Below are positions 36,737 to 46,705 of a stretch of 64,000 nt of DNA, one piece after another. The notes under the pieces were generated by a model, which had not been told where the DNA came from, did not search any database, and saw nothing but the letters and a program-made list of their open reading frames with translations. Position numbers and translations under genes: made by a program. This stretch comes from Planctomycetota bacterium. GTDB taxonomy: Bacteria > Planctomycetota > GCA-002687715 > CAIWVZ01. The stretch is taken from the NCBI GenBank assembly GCA_044222185.1, contig JBGANV010000011.1, positions 32,001 through 96,000 of the forward strand, given 5' to 3'. How positions within the stretch are numbered: position 1 is the first letter of the stretch; each line of letters starts with the position of its first letter.

Positions 36737-37777
36737 CTATTTCGGCTTCGCGACGCGCGGCCACCGGACCTCGGATTGCAGGCTCGTCTTGCGATCCGAA
36801 CCCGAGCGCGCCTCCAGCGCGAACAGGCCTTGCCCGAAGAGATCCGGGAGTGAACCCTGCCTTGCCGCACCGCGCCCCCGCGGCGGAAGGACGAACGGCT
36901 GTGCCGACAGATCGGTCGTCACCCGCAAGCGCGCACCGGGCTTCACCGTGATCGCCTCCGGCGCCTCGTCGGGCTTGCACGCCCGAAGCGCGCCGTTCTC
37001 GAAGGCGAGCCGAAGCACGGCGACCCCGTCTGGCTTCGACGACGCCTCGACGACGAGCGGTTGGGCGATCACGAGATCCTTGTCCGTCGGATTGATCCAC
37101 TCGACCGTGACGGGGTAGGGCTCGCCGGCCACGACCTGCGGAGGGGCCGTGAGGACGAGCGCCGGATCGAGGTGAACCACGTTCGTGCTGTTCGCCACGA
37201 GTTCGATCGACCCCGTCCACAGGCCGTCGACCTCGCGGGTTTCCACGTCGAACGCCTTCGCCCGGAATTGCACGGTCCGGTCGGGCCTCTTGTAGCGACA
37301 CACGAGCGTGTACTCGCCGACGGGGAGTCGATCCGTCTCGTCGCGCTGACTCTTGTCCGCGTTCGAACGGATGGGAGCGAAGAGCCGGCACTTGTCCGTC
37401 CAAGCCCGTCGCTCGCCGGGGGCGAGCGTGACGAGCTGCCCGACGGGCCCCTTCGCCCACATCGTCTGGACGGGCCTGTGCGCTGGGGCGAACTCGACCC
37501 CGTCCTTCCGCCGCATCACCCATCCCGAGAACGACGGGTCGGATTCGGACTCGATCCAGACCGTCAGCGGCCCAGCGGATTCGTTCACGAACGTCACCTT
37601 CAGGTCGAACTCCCGCCCGAAGCCGATCGTTCCGGCGACGGGACTCACCTCCATGCGAAGGCCGTTGGAACCATCGGCAGCGACCGGGTCCTTGAGGTCC
37701 TGGGCGACGGCCGAAGACGTGGCGACGACCGCCACCAGCCAACCGAGGAATGCCCGACGAGACGAGTTTGAATGCAT
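36737..37777 (-). CDS. Hypothetical exported protein, probable Tat signal, two beta-rich domains
   Basis: SRRAFLG plus hydrophobic stretch plus AVA. AAGGAG SD. Repeated pattern V.F/W.N......L and TL/VKPGE/AR. Confidence 0.72.
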   Translation of the reverse strand: MHSNSSRRAFLGWLVAVVATSSAVAQDLKDPVAADGSNGLRMEVSPVAGTIGFGREFDLKVTFVNESAGPLTVWIESESDPSFSGWVMRRKDGVEFAPAHRPVQTMWAKGPVGQLVTLAPGERRAWTDKCRLFAPIRSNADKSQRDETDRLPVGEYTLVCRYKRPDRTVQFRAKAFDVETREVDGLWTGSIELVANSTNVVHLDPALVLTAPPQVVAGEPYPVTVEWINPTDKDLVIAQPLVVEASSKPDGVAVLRLAFENGALRACKPDEAPEAITVKPGARLRVTTDLSAQPFVLPPRGRGAARQGSLPDLFGQGLFALEARSGSDRKTSLQSEVRWPRVAKPK

Positions 37778-37881
37778 GAGCCGGTTCTCCTTGCGGGACT
37801 CTACGCGCGCTCGCTCCGTTCGGCTCCCGGCCGTTACACACCGGTTACCCGCGGCCGATCCGCGCGTAGACTTGCGCCACG

Positions 37882-40800
37882 ATGGCGCCCGAGCCCTCCA
37901 GACCAGGCGAACGCCCCGCCGAACCGGACGGAGATTTCCTCCGCACGCAATGGATCCGCACTCTCGGCGAGGGCACGAACCCGCGCACCGCGTCCCCGAG
38001 CCTCAGCTATCGACCTCGGCGGACGAACACGCCCGGCGGGGTCACGTCGACTCCGGGAAGCGCGTCGTCCCTGGGACTCCGCCCGCCGCGCGCGGCGCCG
38101 AGCGGCGCTGGCCCCACGCTCTCGAAGCTTCGCGTCGACGCACGACTCGTCCCCGGCTTCGAGCTCCTCGACGAGATCGGCCGAGGCGGGATGGGGGTCG
38201 TCTACCGCGCACTTCAACAGAGCCTCGACCGCGAGGTCGCGCTCAAGATGATCATCGACCCGGCAGCCCGGGACGCGACGGCCGAACGGTTCTTCACCGA
38301 GGCGATGATCACGGGATTCCTGGAGCACCCGAACATCGTCCCGGTCTACGACGTGGGCGAGACCCGCGACGGGCGCTGCTATCTCGCGATGAAACTCGTG
38401 GAGGGCCGATCCTGGCGGCAGGCCCTACGGGCGCGCGAGGTGCCCGAGACGCTCGTCACGCCGATCGGCGACGACGAGTCGATCACGACGCACGATGGCG
38501 ACGAACCCCGTCAGCCGCGACTGCTGCCGGCACCACCCCCGGCGGACCTGGACCGCAATCTGCGGATCCTGCTCGACGTCTGCGACGCCGTAGCCTTCGC
38601 GCACAGCCGCGGAGTCATCCACCGCGATCTCAAACCGTCGAACGTCATGGTGGGTGAGTTCGGCGAGGTCCTCCTCATGGATTGGGGGATCGCCATGCCG
38701 TCGGTGGGCAACCGGACGCTCGAGGATCTGGACTCGTGCGAGCCCACGTTCGAGTCGCCGTCGGGCACGCCCGTCTACATGGCTCCCGAGCTGGCGCTCG
38801 GCCAGGTCCACCTCATGGGCCCGTGGACGGACGTCTATCTCCTCGGCGCGATCCTGTACGAACTCCTGACGGGACGGCCGCCGCACGATCATCCCACGCT
38901 CCCGGATGCCGTGGATGCCGCAGCTCGCAGTGACCCGCCGCGCTTCGACCCCGTCGTGCCGAAGGAGCTGGCGGCCCTGGTCGAGGCCTCCATGACGCGG
39001 CGTCCCCAGGACCGCATCACGAGCGTCGAGGAATTCCGGCACCGACTGGATGCGCACCTGAAGCACCGCGAGAGCATCCTGATTGCCGAGCCAGCCGCGA
39101 ACGCCCTGCGCCGCGCGACCTCGGCGGCGGCGCAGCGAAGTGCGGCCGGTCGTGGATCCGGACGTGCGCCCTTCCACGAGCCGTTCGCCGAGGCGATCGC
39201 CGGGTTCACTCAAGCGTTGACGCTCTGGCCGGAGAATCCTGCCGCAAAGTGTGGCCTCGCCGACGCACGCGTGGCGTTCGCGGAGGCGGCGCTGAACCAC
39301 GGCGATCTGGGCCTCGCCGAAGCCCAGACCGCGGTCGTGGAAGATCCGGCGCGACGCGCAACGCTCGAGAGCGCCGTCGCGCGCGCGCGCACGGCGGCTG
39401 CACGGCGCGCGCGAACGGAATACTGGCTGCGGCGCGCACTGGCCGGTGCCGTGCTCTCGATCGTCATCGGCCTCACGGTGGGCATCGTCCTCCTCGCGCG
39501 AGAACAGGACGCCACGCGCGACGCGCTCGAACGAGAGACGACGGAGCACGGCCGCGCGGAAGCGCGCTTCAACGACATCCGTGGGCTCGCCAAGTCCTTG
39601 CTGTTCGAGATTCACGACGCCGTGGAGAAGCTCCCGGGTGCGACTCCCGCACGTGAACTCATCGTTCAGCGCGCGCTCGAGTACCTCGACCGTTTGAACC
39701 AGAGCACGGGCGATGACGAGCGCCTTCTCGCGGAGATGGCCACGGCGTACGAGCGAGTGGCCGGCGTGCAGGCCCTGTATCTCGTGGGGAACCTGGGACA
39801 CTCGGAGGCGGCGCTGGAGTCCCTCGAGCGGTCGCAGAGGATCCGGAAGCGGATCGTCGAGCTGACGCACGGATCGGCCGACGCCCAGGGCGCGCTCGCG
39901 GCCGGTCGCACGAAGACGGCCGAGATCCTCCTGCGCCTCGGGAAACTGACGGAGGCCCGCCACGAGCTGGATCTGGCCATCCTCGAACTCGAAGCGACCA
40001 GGGAAACGAGAACCGATCACGCACAGGCCCTCAGCGACCTCGCCCGCGCGTATGCGCGACACTCCGCCCTGGAACGAGACACGGGTGCCATGGCGCGGGC
40101 AGTCGCCGATCAGCGACACGCCGTCGCATTGCACGCGGAGCTCTCCCGCTTCCTGGCGAAGACCGCGGACGTCGACACCGAGCGCGACGAGATCGAAGCC
40201 ATCGCTGCGCTGGCAGAGCTGCTTCGCAGGTCCGGCGACGCCCAGGGATCGTGGACGGAACTCAAGCGCGCGATCGAGATGGCTCGCTCGCTGGTCACGC
40301 GATCCCCGAACGATGCGGCCGCACAACGCACGCTTGCGGGCGTGCTGGAATCGGCCGAGCGCACGGCGAGGCAGGCGGCGGACCGAACGGCGGGCATCGC
40401 CTACCAGATCGAGGCGCTCGCGATCCGAGAACGCCTGCGCGAAATGGATCCGCGCAACGTCCAGGCGATGGCCGACCTCGGTGGTGCGTTGGCAGCGCTC
40501 GGCGACGCCCACGCGGCGAACGGCGACGACCAGGCTGCGCTCGACGTCCACAAGCGCTGGCTCGCCGCGGCGACCGCGTGGCTCGAGGCCGATCCGGGCA
40601 ACGTCGGCGCGACTCGTGACGTGCGCCTCGCCTACGAGCGGATCGGCAACGACTACCTCGGACTGGGTCGCATCGACGAGGCCGTTGCGACGTACCGGGA
40701 GCAGATCGCGAACGCCGAGCGACGCGCGCAGGCCGCGCCGGGCGATGCGCGCGCGCAGTTCGATCTCGCGAACGGGCTGACGCATCTCGGCACGGCCCTG

Positions 40801-41529
40801 CGCGTGAACGAGCGCGTCGACGAGGCCGCGGCCGCCATGGAGCGTGCCGATGGCCTGTGGAGTGCGATCGTCGCCGCCGATCCGACCCACGGCGAGGCCC
40901 GCCACGCGCACACCGTGTGCGTGAGCGACCTCGCGGAGATTCGCTACGCCCAGGATCGTTTCGCGGACGCCATCGCCGGCTACACGAAGGCCATCTCGGT
41001 GGCGGCTGCGGGCGCGGCAGCTGCGCCCACGGACGGTCGCTGGTTGCGGTCCCTCCTCATCGCACGAGTCGGCCTGTCGAAATCCTGCCTGGCGTCCGGC
41101 AAGGTCGACGAGGCGGTCGAGGCCGGCGCGGCCGCCATGAAGGATGCGGAGCGGTTCCTCGGCGTCGTGCCGGAGAACGCCGACACGCTCGCCGGCGCCC
41201 ACCGTGCCGTCTCCGCGTGGGGCATGGCGCTCGCCAAAGCCGACCGGGCCGAGGAGGCCGTCGGACCGATCAAGGCGCGCATCGATCACGTCGACGCGAT
41301 CGCGGCGAAGTTCACGGGCGACGCGAAGATGCAGCGGCTGCGTGCCGTGGTACGCCTCGACTATGCGGAGACTCTCCGCAACGCCGACCGGGCCGCGGCG
41401 GCCCGCGACGTCGTCACGGAAGCGCTGGGGATCCTCCGCGCGATCGAGAAGGATCCGCAAGCTGACGCGCTGAAGCTCCCGCTCCTGATCAAGGCCGCCG
41501 AGAGCATGCTCGGCGAGGATCCGGAGTAG
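37882..41529 (+). CDS. Membrane Ser/Thr kinase with C-terminal TPR array
   Basis: IGRGGMGVVY, VALK, HRDLKPSN, MDWG, GTPVYMAPE. TM segment (AVLSIVIGLTVGIVLL), then TPR helices. Confidence 0.93.
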   Translation: MAPEPSRPGERPAEPDGDFLRTQWIRTLGEGTNPRTASPSLSYRPRRTNTPGGVTSTPGSASSLGLRPPRAAPSGAGPTLSKLRVDARLVPGFELLDEIGRGGMGVVYRALQQSLDREVALKMIIDPAARDATAERFFTEAMITGFLEHPNIVPVYDVGETRDGRCYLAMKLVEGRSWRQALRAREVPETLVTPIGDDESITTHDGDEPRQPRLLPAPPPADLDRNLRILLDVCDAVAFAHSRGVIHRDLKPSNVMVGEFGEVLLMDWGIAMPSVGNRTLEDLDSCEPTFESPSGTPVYMAPELALGQVHLMGPWTDVYLLGAILYELLTGRPPHDHPTLPDAVDAAARSDPPRFDPVVPKELAALVEASMTRRPQDRITSVEEFRHRLDAHLKHRESILIAEPAANALRRATSAAAQRSAAGRGSGRAPFHEPFAEAIAGFTQALTLWPENPAAKCGLADARVAFAEAALNHGDLGLAEAQTAVVEDPARRATLESAVARARTAAARRARTEYWLRRALAGAVLSIVIGLTVGIVLLAREQDATRDALERETTEHGRAEARFNDIRGLAKSLLFEIHDAVEKLPGATPARELIVQRALEYLDRLNQSTGDDERLLAEMATAYERVAGVQALYLVGNLGHSEAALESLERSQRIRKRIVELTHGSADAQGALAAGRTKTAEILLRLGKLTEARHELDLAILELEATRETRTDHAQALSDLARAYARHSALERDTGAMARAVADQRHAVALHAELSRFLAKTADVDTERDEIEAIAALAELLRRSGDAQGSWTELKRAIEMARSLVTRSPNDAAAQRTLAGVLESAERTARQAADRTAGIAYQIEALAIRERLREMDPRNVQAMADLGGALAALGDAHAANGDDQAALDVHKRWLAAATAWLEADPGNVGATRDVRLAYERIGNDYLGLGRIDEAVATYREQIANAERRAQAAPGDARAQFDLANGLTHLGTALRVNERVDEAAAAMERADGLWSAIVAADPTHGEARHAHTVCVSDLAEIRYAQDRFADAIAGYTKAISVAAAGAAAAPTDGRWLRSLLIARVGLSKSCLASGKVDEAVEAGAAAMKDAERFLGVVPENADTLAGAHRAVSAWGMALAKADRAEEAVGPIKARIDHVDAIAAKFTGDAKMQRLRAVVRLDYAETLRNADRAAAARDVVTEALGILRAIEKDPQADALKLPLLIKAAESMLGEDPE

Positions 41530-41531
41530 TT

Positions 41532-42875
41532 TCAGCGCTCCACCGAGAATGCCCGCCGCCACTCCCGCTCCAGTCCGGCGAGATCGAGGCCGATGACGGC
41601 CTTCATGACGGCGGACTGAGCGTCGGTGTCCGCCGGACTCGTCCCCAGGGCTCGAATGAGTCGGTCGAACCGTGGCGCGTAGCGCGGGTCGTCATGGAGG
41701 AAGCCGATGATCGCCGAGGCCTGCCGGTACAGGGCGCAGGGGCAATGGTCGGGGCCGTCACCCTGGGCGAGGCATCCGAGCCCTGCGAACCGCTCGAGGG
41801 AGAGTGCCGTCCCCCGCCCGATGGCGTCCCGCGACCACTCGTCGCGGGACGCGCGCGGCGTGCACATGAACTCGGCGCAGCCTTCGTGGAGCCACGATGC
41901 GCCGCGCGCGAGAAACAGTCGGTTCTCGAGGAGCTGGTGCGTGGCCTCGTGGATGTGCGTTCCCGAGTCGGGATCCTCGTCGCTCGTCGCGTAATAGTCG
42001 AAGAGCGCGTGGCCGGCGATGACGCTGGCCGGGGCGTCGGGAACCCCCTTCTGGCGTTTGTAGAACGCCGCGTGCTCGTCCGGCGATGCAAAGAGGAACA
42101 CCGGCAGCAGCCGGCGCTCGGCGACTTCGGGAAACGGGAACACCTCGCGGATGCGCGCATGGTTCGCCTCGATCACGTCGGCGAACGTGCGTCCGTGGTC
42201 GCCGTTCGTCAGCACGATGTAGTGAGGCGTGCGAATGGGTGGTTTCATCGGCGTCGTGGTGACGAGCCCGGGTCCCGCGGCCCATCGGTCACGGGCCTCC
42301 GCATCCGACCAACGCGGGTCGCGAACCGGTCCGGAATAGCGAACGCCCTCGCGAAGGAACGTCCGGATGCGATCCCGCTCCCCGTCGTCGAGCTTCCCGT
42401 AGCAATCCACCGCCACGTAGAAGCACGCGTCGCGCAGCAGGCCGCAGAGGATGTATCCCTCGCGTCCTTCGGATTCGTGGCGCAGTTCGGCCAGTGCCGC
42501 GTACGGCGCGAAACCGTAGGGGCCGGGCACGAGCTCGCGCGCATCGACGTGATATCCCTTCCAGACCGAGAGCACGCGCCCCACGAGCCCGTCCGGTTCG
42601 TCGATGCCGAGAACCGACCGGCGCATGACGGAGAGCGTCACGTAGCAGCGGGCCGCCGAGAACCTGCCGAGCCACTCCCCCACGACCTGCGCGTTCTCGG
42701 GCGGCGCGATGGTGAGTGGCGGCAGCCTCTCGAAGTCGAGCGTGATTCCGTTGTCGAACGTCTTCCTTGCCGGAGCCTGCGCGATCGCTCCCACAGTGAA
42801 CAGGAACGTCACCGCGAGGATGGACCAGCCCCCTCGTCCGCGAAGACGGTTGATTGACGACTTTCGGTGATTCAC
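41532..42875 (-). CDS. Secreted DUF1570-like gluzincin protein
   Basis: Signal peptide, HIHEATHQ...WLHEGCAEF, LYRQASAIIGFL. Confidence 0.78.
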   Translation of the reverse strand: MNHRKSSINRLRGRGGWSILAVTFLFTVGAIAQAPARKTFDNGITLDFERLPPLTIAPPENAQVVGEWLGRFSAARCYVTLSVMRRSVLGIDEPDGLVGRVLSVWKGYHVDARELVPGPYGFAPYAALAELRHESEGREGYILCGLLRDACFYVAVDCYGKLDDGERDRIRTFLREGVRYSGPVRDPRWSDAEARDRWAAGPGLVTTTPMKPPIRTPHYIVLTNGDHGRTFADVIEANHARIREVFPFPEVAERRLLPVFLFASPDEHAAFYKRQKGVPDAPASVIAGHALFDYYATSDEDPDSGTHIHEATHQLLENRLFLARGASWLHEGCAEFMCTPRASRDEWSRDAIGRGTALSLERFAGLGCLAQGDGPDHCPCALYRQASAIIGFLHDDPRYAPRFDRLIRALGTSPADTDAQSAVMKAVIGLDLAGLEREWRRAFSVER

Positions 42876-43024
42876 GCCTGAGCGGCCGCGCTGGGGCCGC
42901 TCTCATGCATCGGAAGTCCGATGCCATCGCGTTGAAGCGCGCTCACGAAGGCGGTGATCCGGCGGCTTCGGGAACGTTCACTCGCCCGCCGGGTTGACGT
43001 CACGCTCGGATGAGCGAGCGCATG

Positions 43025-44419
43025 TCATCCGCGATCGGTGGCGGCGAAACGGCGATTGAAGAAGATGACCGCGAGCGAACATTCGACGACGGCGACGGCC
43101 ACGAGCACGCCCACGGGCAGAAGGATCTCGCTCAGCGGGCTTCGATGCGCGAGGACTCCCATGTATCCGTCCATCGCCCACGCGTTCAGCGTGAAGTGGC
43201 CGACGGTCTGCATCCACTTGGGCATGATGAAGAGCGGGAACCACGAGCCGCCCGTCGCGGACATGAGGAGGATGACGAGCGTCGCGATGCCGTCGATCTG
43301 CTTGGACGACCGCCCGATCGTCGCGAGCAGGACGCCGAATCCCGTGGATGCAGCGACGGTCGCGGCCGACACGAGAACGACGCCGTGCAGGTGCCGCATG
43401 ACCGGCAAGCCGAACGCGACGGCGCCGAAGGCGAACATGACGGCAAGTTGTCCGAGGCCGATGACGAACGTCATCAAGAATTTGCCGGCGATGATCGCGC
43501 CACGAGGCGCCGGCGTCACGAGCAGGCGGCGCAACGTGCCCGCGTCGCGTTCGTCGAGCAGCGTGCGCCCGCAGGCCGAGAGGCCGAAGAGGAGCATCAT
43601 CACCGCCGTTCCCGCGACGGCTTGAGCGAGCATGGCGGCCCGCTGCGCCTGGGCCTTGTCGCTGGTTTCGGCGCCGACGACGGTCTCCTTCAGCCCCATG
43701 AACGAGCCCATGCCGGTGATTCCGGAGACGCCCGCATCCTTCTTCTTGCCGGTGTCCTTTGCCGGCTTCGTCTCGGACTTGCGCGAGTCGGCCTTGTTCC
43801 ACTCGATCGCGCGCTCGAAGGCATCGAAGAACGTCGACGCGGCGATGTCCAGGAGCGAGGTCTGGGTGTTGCCGAGGACGCCCTCCGACTGAAGCTCGCG
43901 GAGCCCGCGCGTGACCATGGAACGCGCGAGCTTCCCACTCGTCGCCGTCATCAGCGCCGGCATCATGGCCTGCGACGCAAGCTGGAATTCCATCTCCTTG
44001 GCGGGATCGCGGACGATCTCGATCCCGGACGGCGTTCCCGCCTCGATCCGCTTCTCGAACCCCGCCTCGATGACGACGCCGAGCGGGAAGCGGCTGTGAC
44101 GGATTCCCTCGAGCAGCGACTCGCGCGTCCACGGCTTCCCGGCGGATTCCTCCAAGGAGGCTTCGGCCAGTCCCGTGACCGCGAGGGCCTCGACGAACCG
44201 GCGGCTCGCGTCCGTCCGATCCAGGTCGGCCACTCGCAGCGAGAGCTTCGGCATGCCTCCATCGTCGTCGCCGCCGAGAAAGCCGAACACGCTCGCCATG
44301 ATGGCGACGAGTCCCACGGGCAGTAGGAACCCGAGCGCGAGTCCGACCTTGTCGCGGCAGTAGATCCGAAGGTCCTTCAGAGCGACCGTCCACGACAGCC
44401 TGAACGCATCCATGAACAT
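43025..44419 (-). CDS. ABC-2 type exporter permease
   Basis: N-terminal TM, large extracytoplasmic loop, ERDAGTLRRLLVTP, GGSWFP...MPKWMQ, six TM segments. Confidence 0.92.
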   Translation of the reverse strand: MFMDAFRLSWTVALKDLRIYCRDKVGLALGFLLPVGLVAIMASVFGFLGGDDDGGMPKLSLRVADLDRTDASRRFVEALAVTGLAEASLEESAGKPWTRESLLEGIRHSRFPLGVVIEAGFEKRIEAGTPSGIEIVRDPAKEMEFQLASQAMMPALMTATSGKLARSMVTRGLRELQSEGVLGNTQTSLLDIAASTFFDAFERAIEWNKADSRKSETKPAKDTGKKKDAGVSGITGMGSFMGLKETVVGAETSDKAQAQRAAMLAQAVAGTAVMMLLFGLSACGRTLLDERDAGTLRRLLVTPAPRGAIIAGKFLMTFVIGLGQLAVMFAFGAVAFGLPVMRHLHGVVLVSAATVAASTGFGVLLATIGRSSKQIDGIATLVILLMSATGGSWFPLFIMPKWMQTVGHFTLNAWAMDGYMGVLAHRSPLSEILLPVGVLVAVAVVECSLAVIFFNRRFAATDRG

Positions 44420-44423
44420 CGGC

Positions 44424-45365
44424 TCAGTCCCTCAGCGCGCGGCCCGTGAGAGCCAGAAAGACGGTTTCCAGGTCGGGCTTGCGGAGCGTCACCGCCTGCG
44501 GCCTCACACCGCCGGCGGCGAATCGGTCGAGCACTTTCATGAGCGTCGCCACGCCTTCGACCGGCAACGTGATGGTGTTCTCGTGGATGGCGGTCGCATA
44601 CCCGGCGAGCGCCGAGGCGACGGCCGGGCCGTCCGGCGCGACACCATCCGGCAAGGTGAGCTCCAGTTGCTCGCGCGCGCCGATCTTCGCCAGGAGTTCG
44701 TCGCGCGTGCCGACGGCGACGATCTTCCCGTGGTCCATGATCCCGATGCGGTCGCACAGCCGTTCGGCCTCTTCCATGTAGTGCGTGGTGTAGACGAGAG
44801 TCACGCCCTTCCTCTTCAGCGCCTGGACCATGTCGAAGAGGTGGTTGCGCGATTGCGGATCCACGCCGACCGTCGGTTCGTCGAGGAGGACGAGTGACGG
44901 TTCGTGGACCAGGCCTGCGGCCAGGTTGAGCCGACGCTTCATGCCGCCCGAGAACGTGTCGACGCGGTCGGCGGCCCGATCGACGAGTCCGGCGATGTCG
45001 AGCGCGGCGTCGACCCTGGGCCTGAGGTTCGAGCTCGGAATGCCGAAGAGACGCCCGAAGAACTCCAGGTTCTCGCGGGCGGTCAATTCGGAGTAGAGGG
45101 AGAGTTCCTGGGGGACGTAGCCCAGGACTCGGCGCACCGCCGAGGGGTCGACGGCGACGTCGTGACCGCCCACCGTCACCCTCCCCGACTCGGGCCGGAT
45201 GAGCGTCGACACCATGGAGAGCGTCGTGGTCTTTCCAGCTCCGTTGGGGCCCAGGAGCCCGAAACACTCTCCGACCCGCACCTCGAACGAAACCCCGTCC
45301 ACGGCCGTGGTCGCGCCGTACCGCTTCCGTACGTCCGCGACCGATAGCGCTATCTGATCCGTCAT
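44424..45365 (-). CDS. ABC exporter ATP-binding subunit
   Basis: GPNGAGKT, FSGGMKRR, LDEPTVGVDPQSR, TTHYMEEAE. Start ATG 45365. Confidence 0.95.
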   Translation of the reverse strand: MTDQIALSVADVRKRYGATTAVDGVSFEVRVGECFGLLGPNGAGKTTTLSMVSTLIRPESGRVTVGGHDVAVDPSAVRRVLGYVPQELSLYSELTARENLEFFGRLFGIPSSNLRPRVDAALDIAGLVDRAADRVDTFSGGMKRRLNLAAGLVHEPSLVLLDEPTVGVDPQSRNHLFDMVQALKRKGVTLVYTTHYMEEAERLCDRIGIMDHGKIVAVGTRDELLAKIGAREQLELTLPDGVAPDGPAVASALAGYATAIHENTITLPVEGVATLMKVLDRFAAGGVRPQAVTLRKPDLETVFLALTGRALRD

Positions 45366-45633
45366 TTGAAGTTGATCCGCATTCGGATGTCCGGCGGGAT
45401 CTTCATACCACGCCTTCGTCGCGGCGAGTCGAGCCGTGGAGGGAGTCACCGTCGTGCTCAGAACCGACACCGCGCCGGTCGATCCGCGAGCAGCGGGGGT
45501 CCCCGCCGACCGTTCACGCGAGCGCCTGCTGGCATTCCCGGTACGGCTTGTGCTTGATGACTTCCCGATCGGGTCCCGCCATCGGTGGAATTCTCCGCCC
45601 GCGGCCGGGGTTCGAGATCGAGAATTGCACGAC

Positions 45634-46701
45634 ATGATCTCGCCCATCCGTGGATCCGCTCACCTGGCCGCCGTGGCTTCCGCGGTGCCCCCATTCGTGG
45701 TCGGCGTCGATGAAACGGTTGCACGCCTCCATGCACTATTTCCTGACGAGGACCCGGCGTTCGTCCGGGGGATCGTCGAGCGCTCAGGTGTGGAGCAGCG
45801 ACACATCTCCCTCCCCGTGGAGGAGGCCGTACGGCCGCGCTCCTTCACGGACCGCAACAACCACTACCACCGGATCGCCGCCGATCTGGCCGAGCAGGCC
45901 TGTCGACGCGCGCTGCGGCAGGCCGACGTGGCGGCGGACGAGATCGACGTGGTGATCGACGTGTCCTGCACGGGAATCGCGATCCCAGCGCTGGATACGG
46001 TCCTCAGTGCCAGGCTGGGACTGAGACCGGACGTCAAACGGATTCCCATCACGGAGGCTGGATGCGCCGCCGGCACGCTCGCGCTCGGCCTCGCCGCGTC
46101 GCTCGCCGAGCTGGGGCGGCGATCCCTCGTCGTCGCCGTCGAGCTGTGCTCGCTCACCCTCGTCCAGGGAGACCGCACGCGGACCAATCTCGTCGCGTCC
46201 GTGCTCTTCGGCGACGGCGCGGCCGCGGCGGTCGTGACTCCGTCCGGGCCCGGGCCGCGCTTCGAAGCCGTCGGCTCGCACCTGTTCCGCGACAGCCGCG
46301 GAGCCATGGGGTTCGACGTGGGCGAACACGGGCTGCGCCTCGTGCTGCAGCGCGAGCTCCCCCGCATCCTGGAGAATCACCTGAAGCCGGCCATCGATGG
46401 CTTCCTCGACCGGCACGGCAGGAGCATGGCCGACGTGAACCTCCACCTCGTACATCCGGGCGGTCGCCGAGTCCTCGAGACCTACCAGGAGATGTACGGC
46501 CTCTCGCCCGAGGACCTGGAATGCTCGTACACCTCGTTGCGGCGCTTCGGCAACCTCTCGTCGGCGGCGATCCTGACGGTGCTGGAGCTCGCGCTCTCCC
46601 GCCACGTGCCGGGCTCGAGACGGGCGCGCGCATTCATGATCAGCTTCGGGCCCGGCCTCTCGGCGGAGATGGCGATGCTCGATTGGACGGCGGGAGGTTG
46701 A
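45634..46701 (+). CDS. Type III polyketide synthase (chalcone/alkylresorcinol synthase family)
   Basis: Catalytic Cys-His-Asn triad (AGCAAG, VHPGG, FGNLSS), plus VELCS, LFGDG and SFGPG. Start ATG 45634 is approximate. Confidence 0.94.
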   Translation: MISPIRGSAHLAAVASAVPPFVVGVDETVARLHALFPDEDPAFVRGIVERSGVEQRHISLPVEEAVRPRSFTDRNNHYHRIAADLAEQACRRALRQADVAADEIDVVIDVSCTGIAIPALDTVLSARLGLRPDVKRIPITEAGCAAGTLALGLAASLAELGRRSLVVAVELCSLTLVQGDRTRTNLVASVLFGDGAAAAVVTPSGPGPRFEAVGSHLFRDSRGAMGFDVGEHGLRLVLQRELPRILENHLKPAIDGFLDRHGRSMADVNLHLVHPGGRRVLETYQEMYGLSPEDLECSYTSLRRFGNLSSAAILTVLELALSRHVPGSRRARAFMISFGPGLSAEMAMLDWTAGG

Positions 46702-46705
46702 CGTC

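Noticed and set aside
38425-41562. Very long antisense or alternate-frame ORFs (also 1809-3977, 3967-5988, 8462-10633, 15827-17701, 29851-32028, 50380-53043, 59694-62594)
   Set aside because: Shadow ORFs typical of high-GC DNA. They lie opposite genes with clear motifs and have no recognisable domains.
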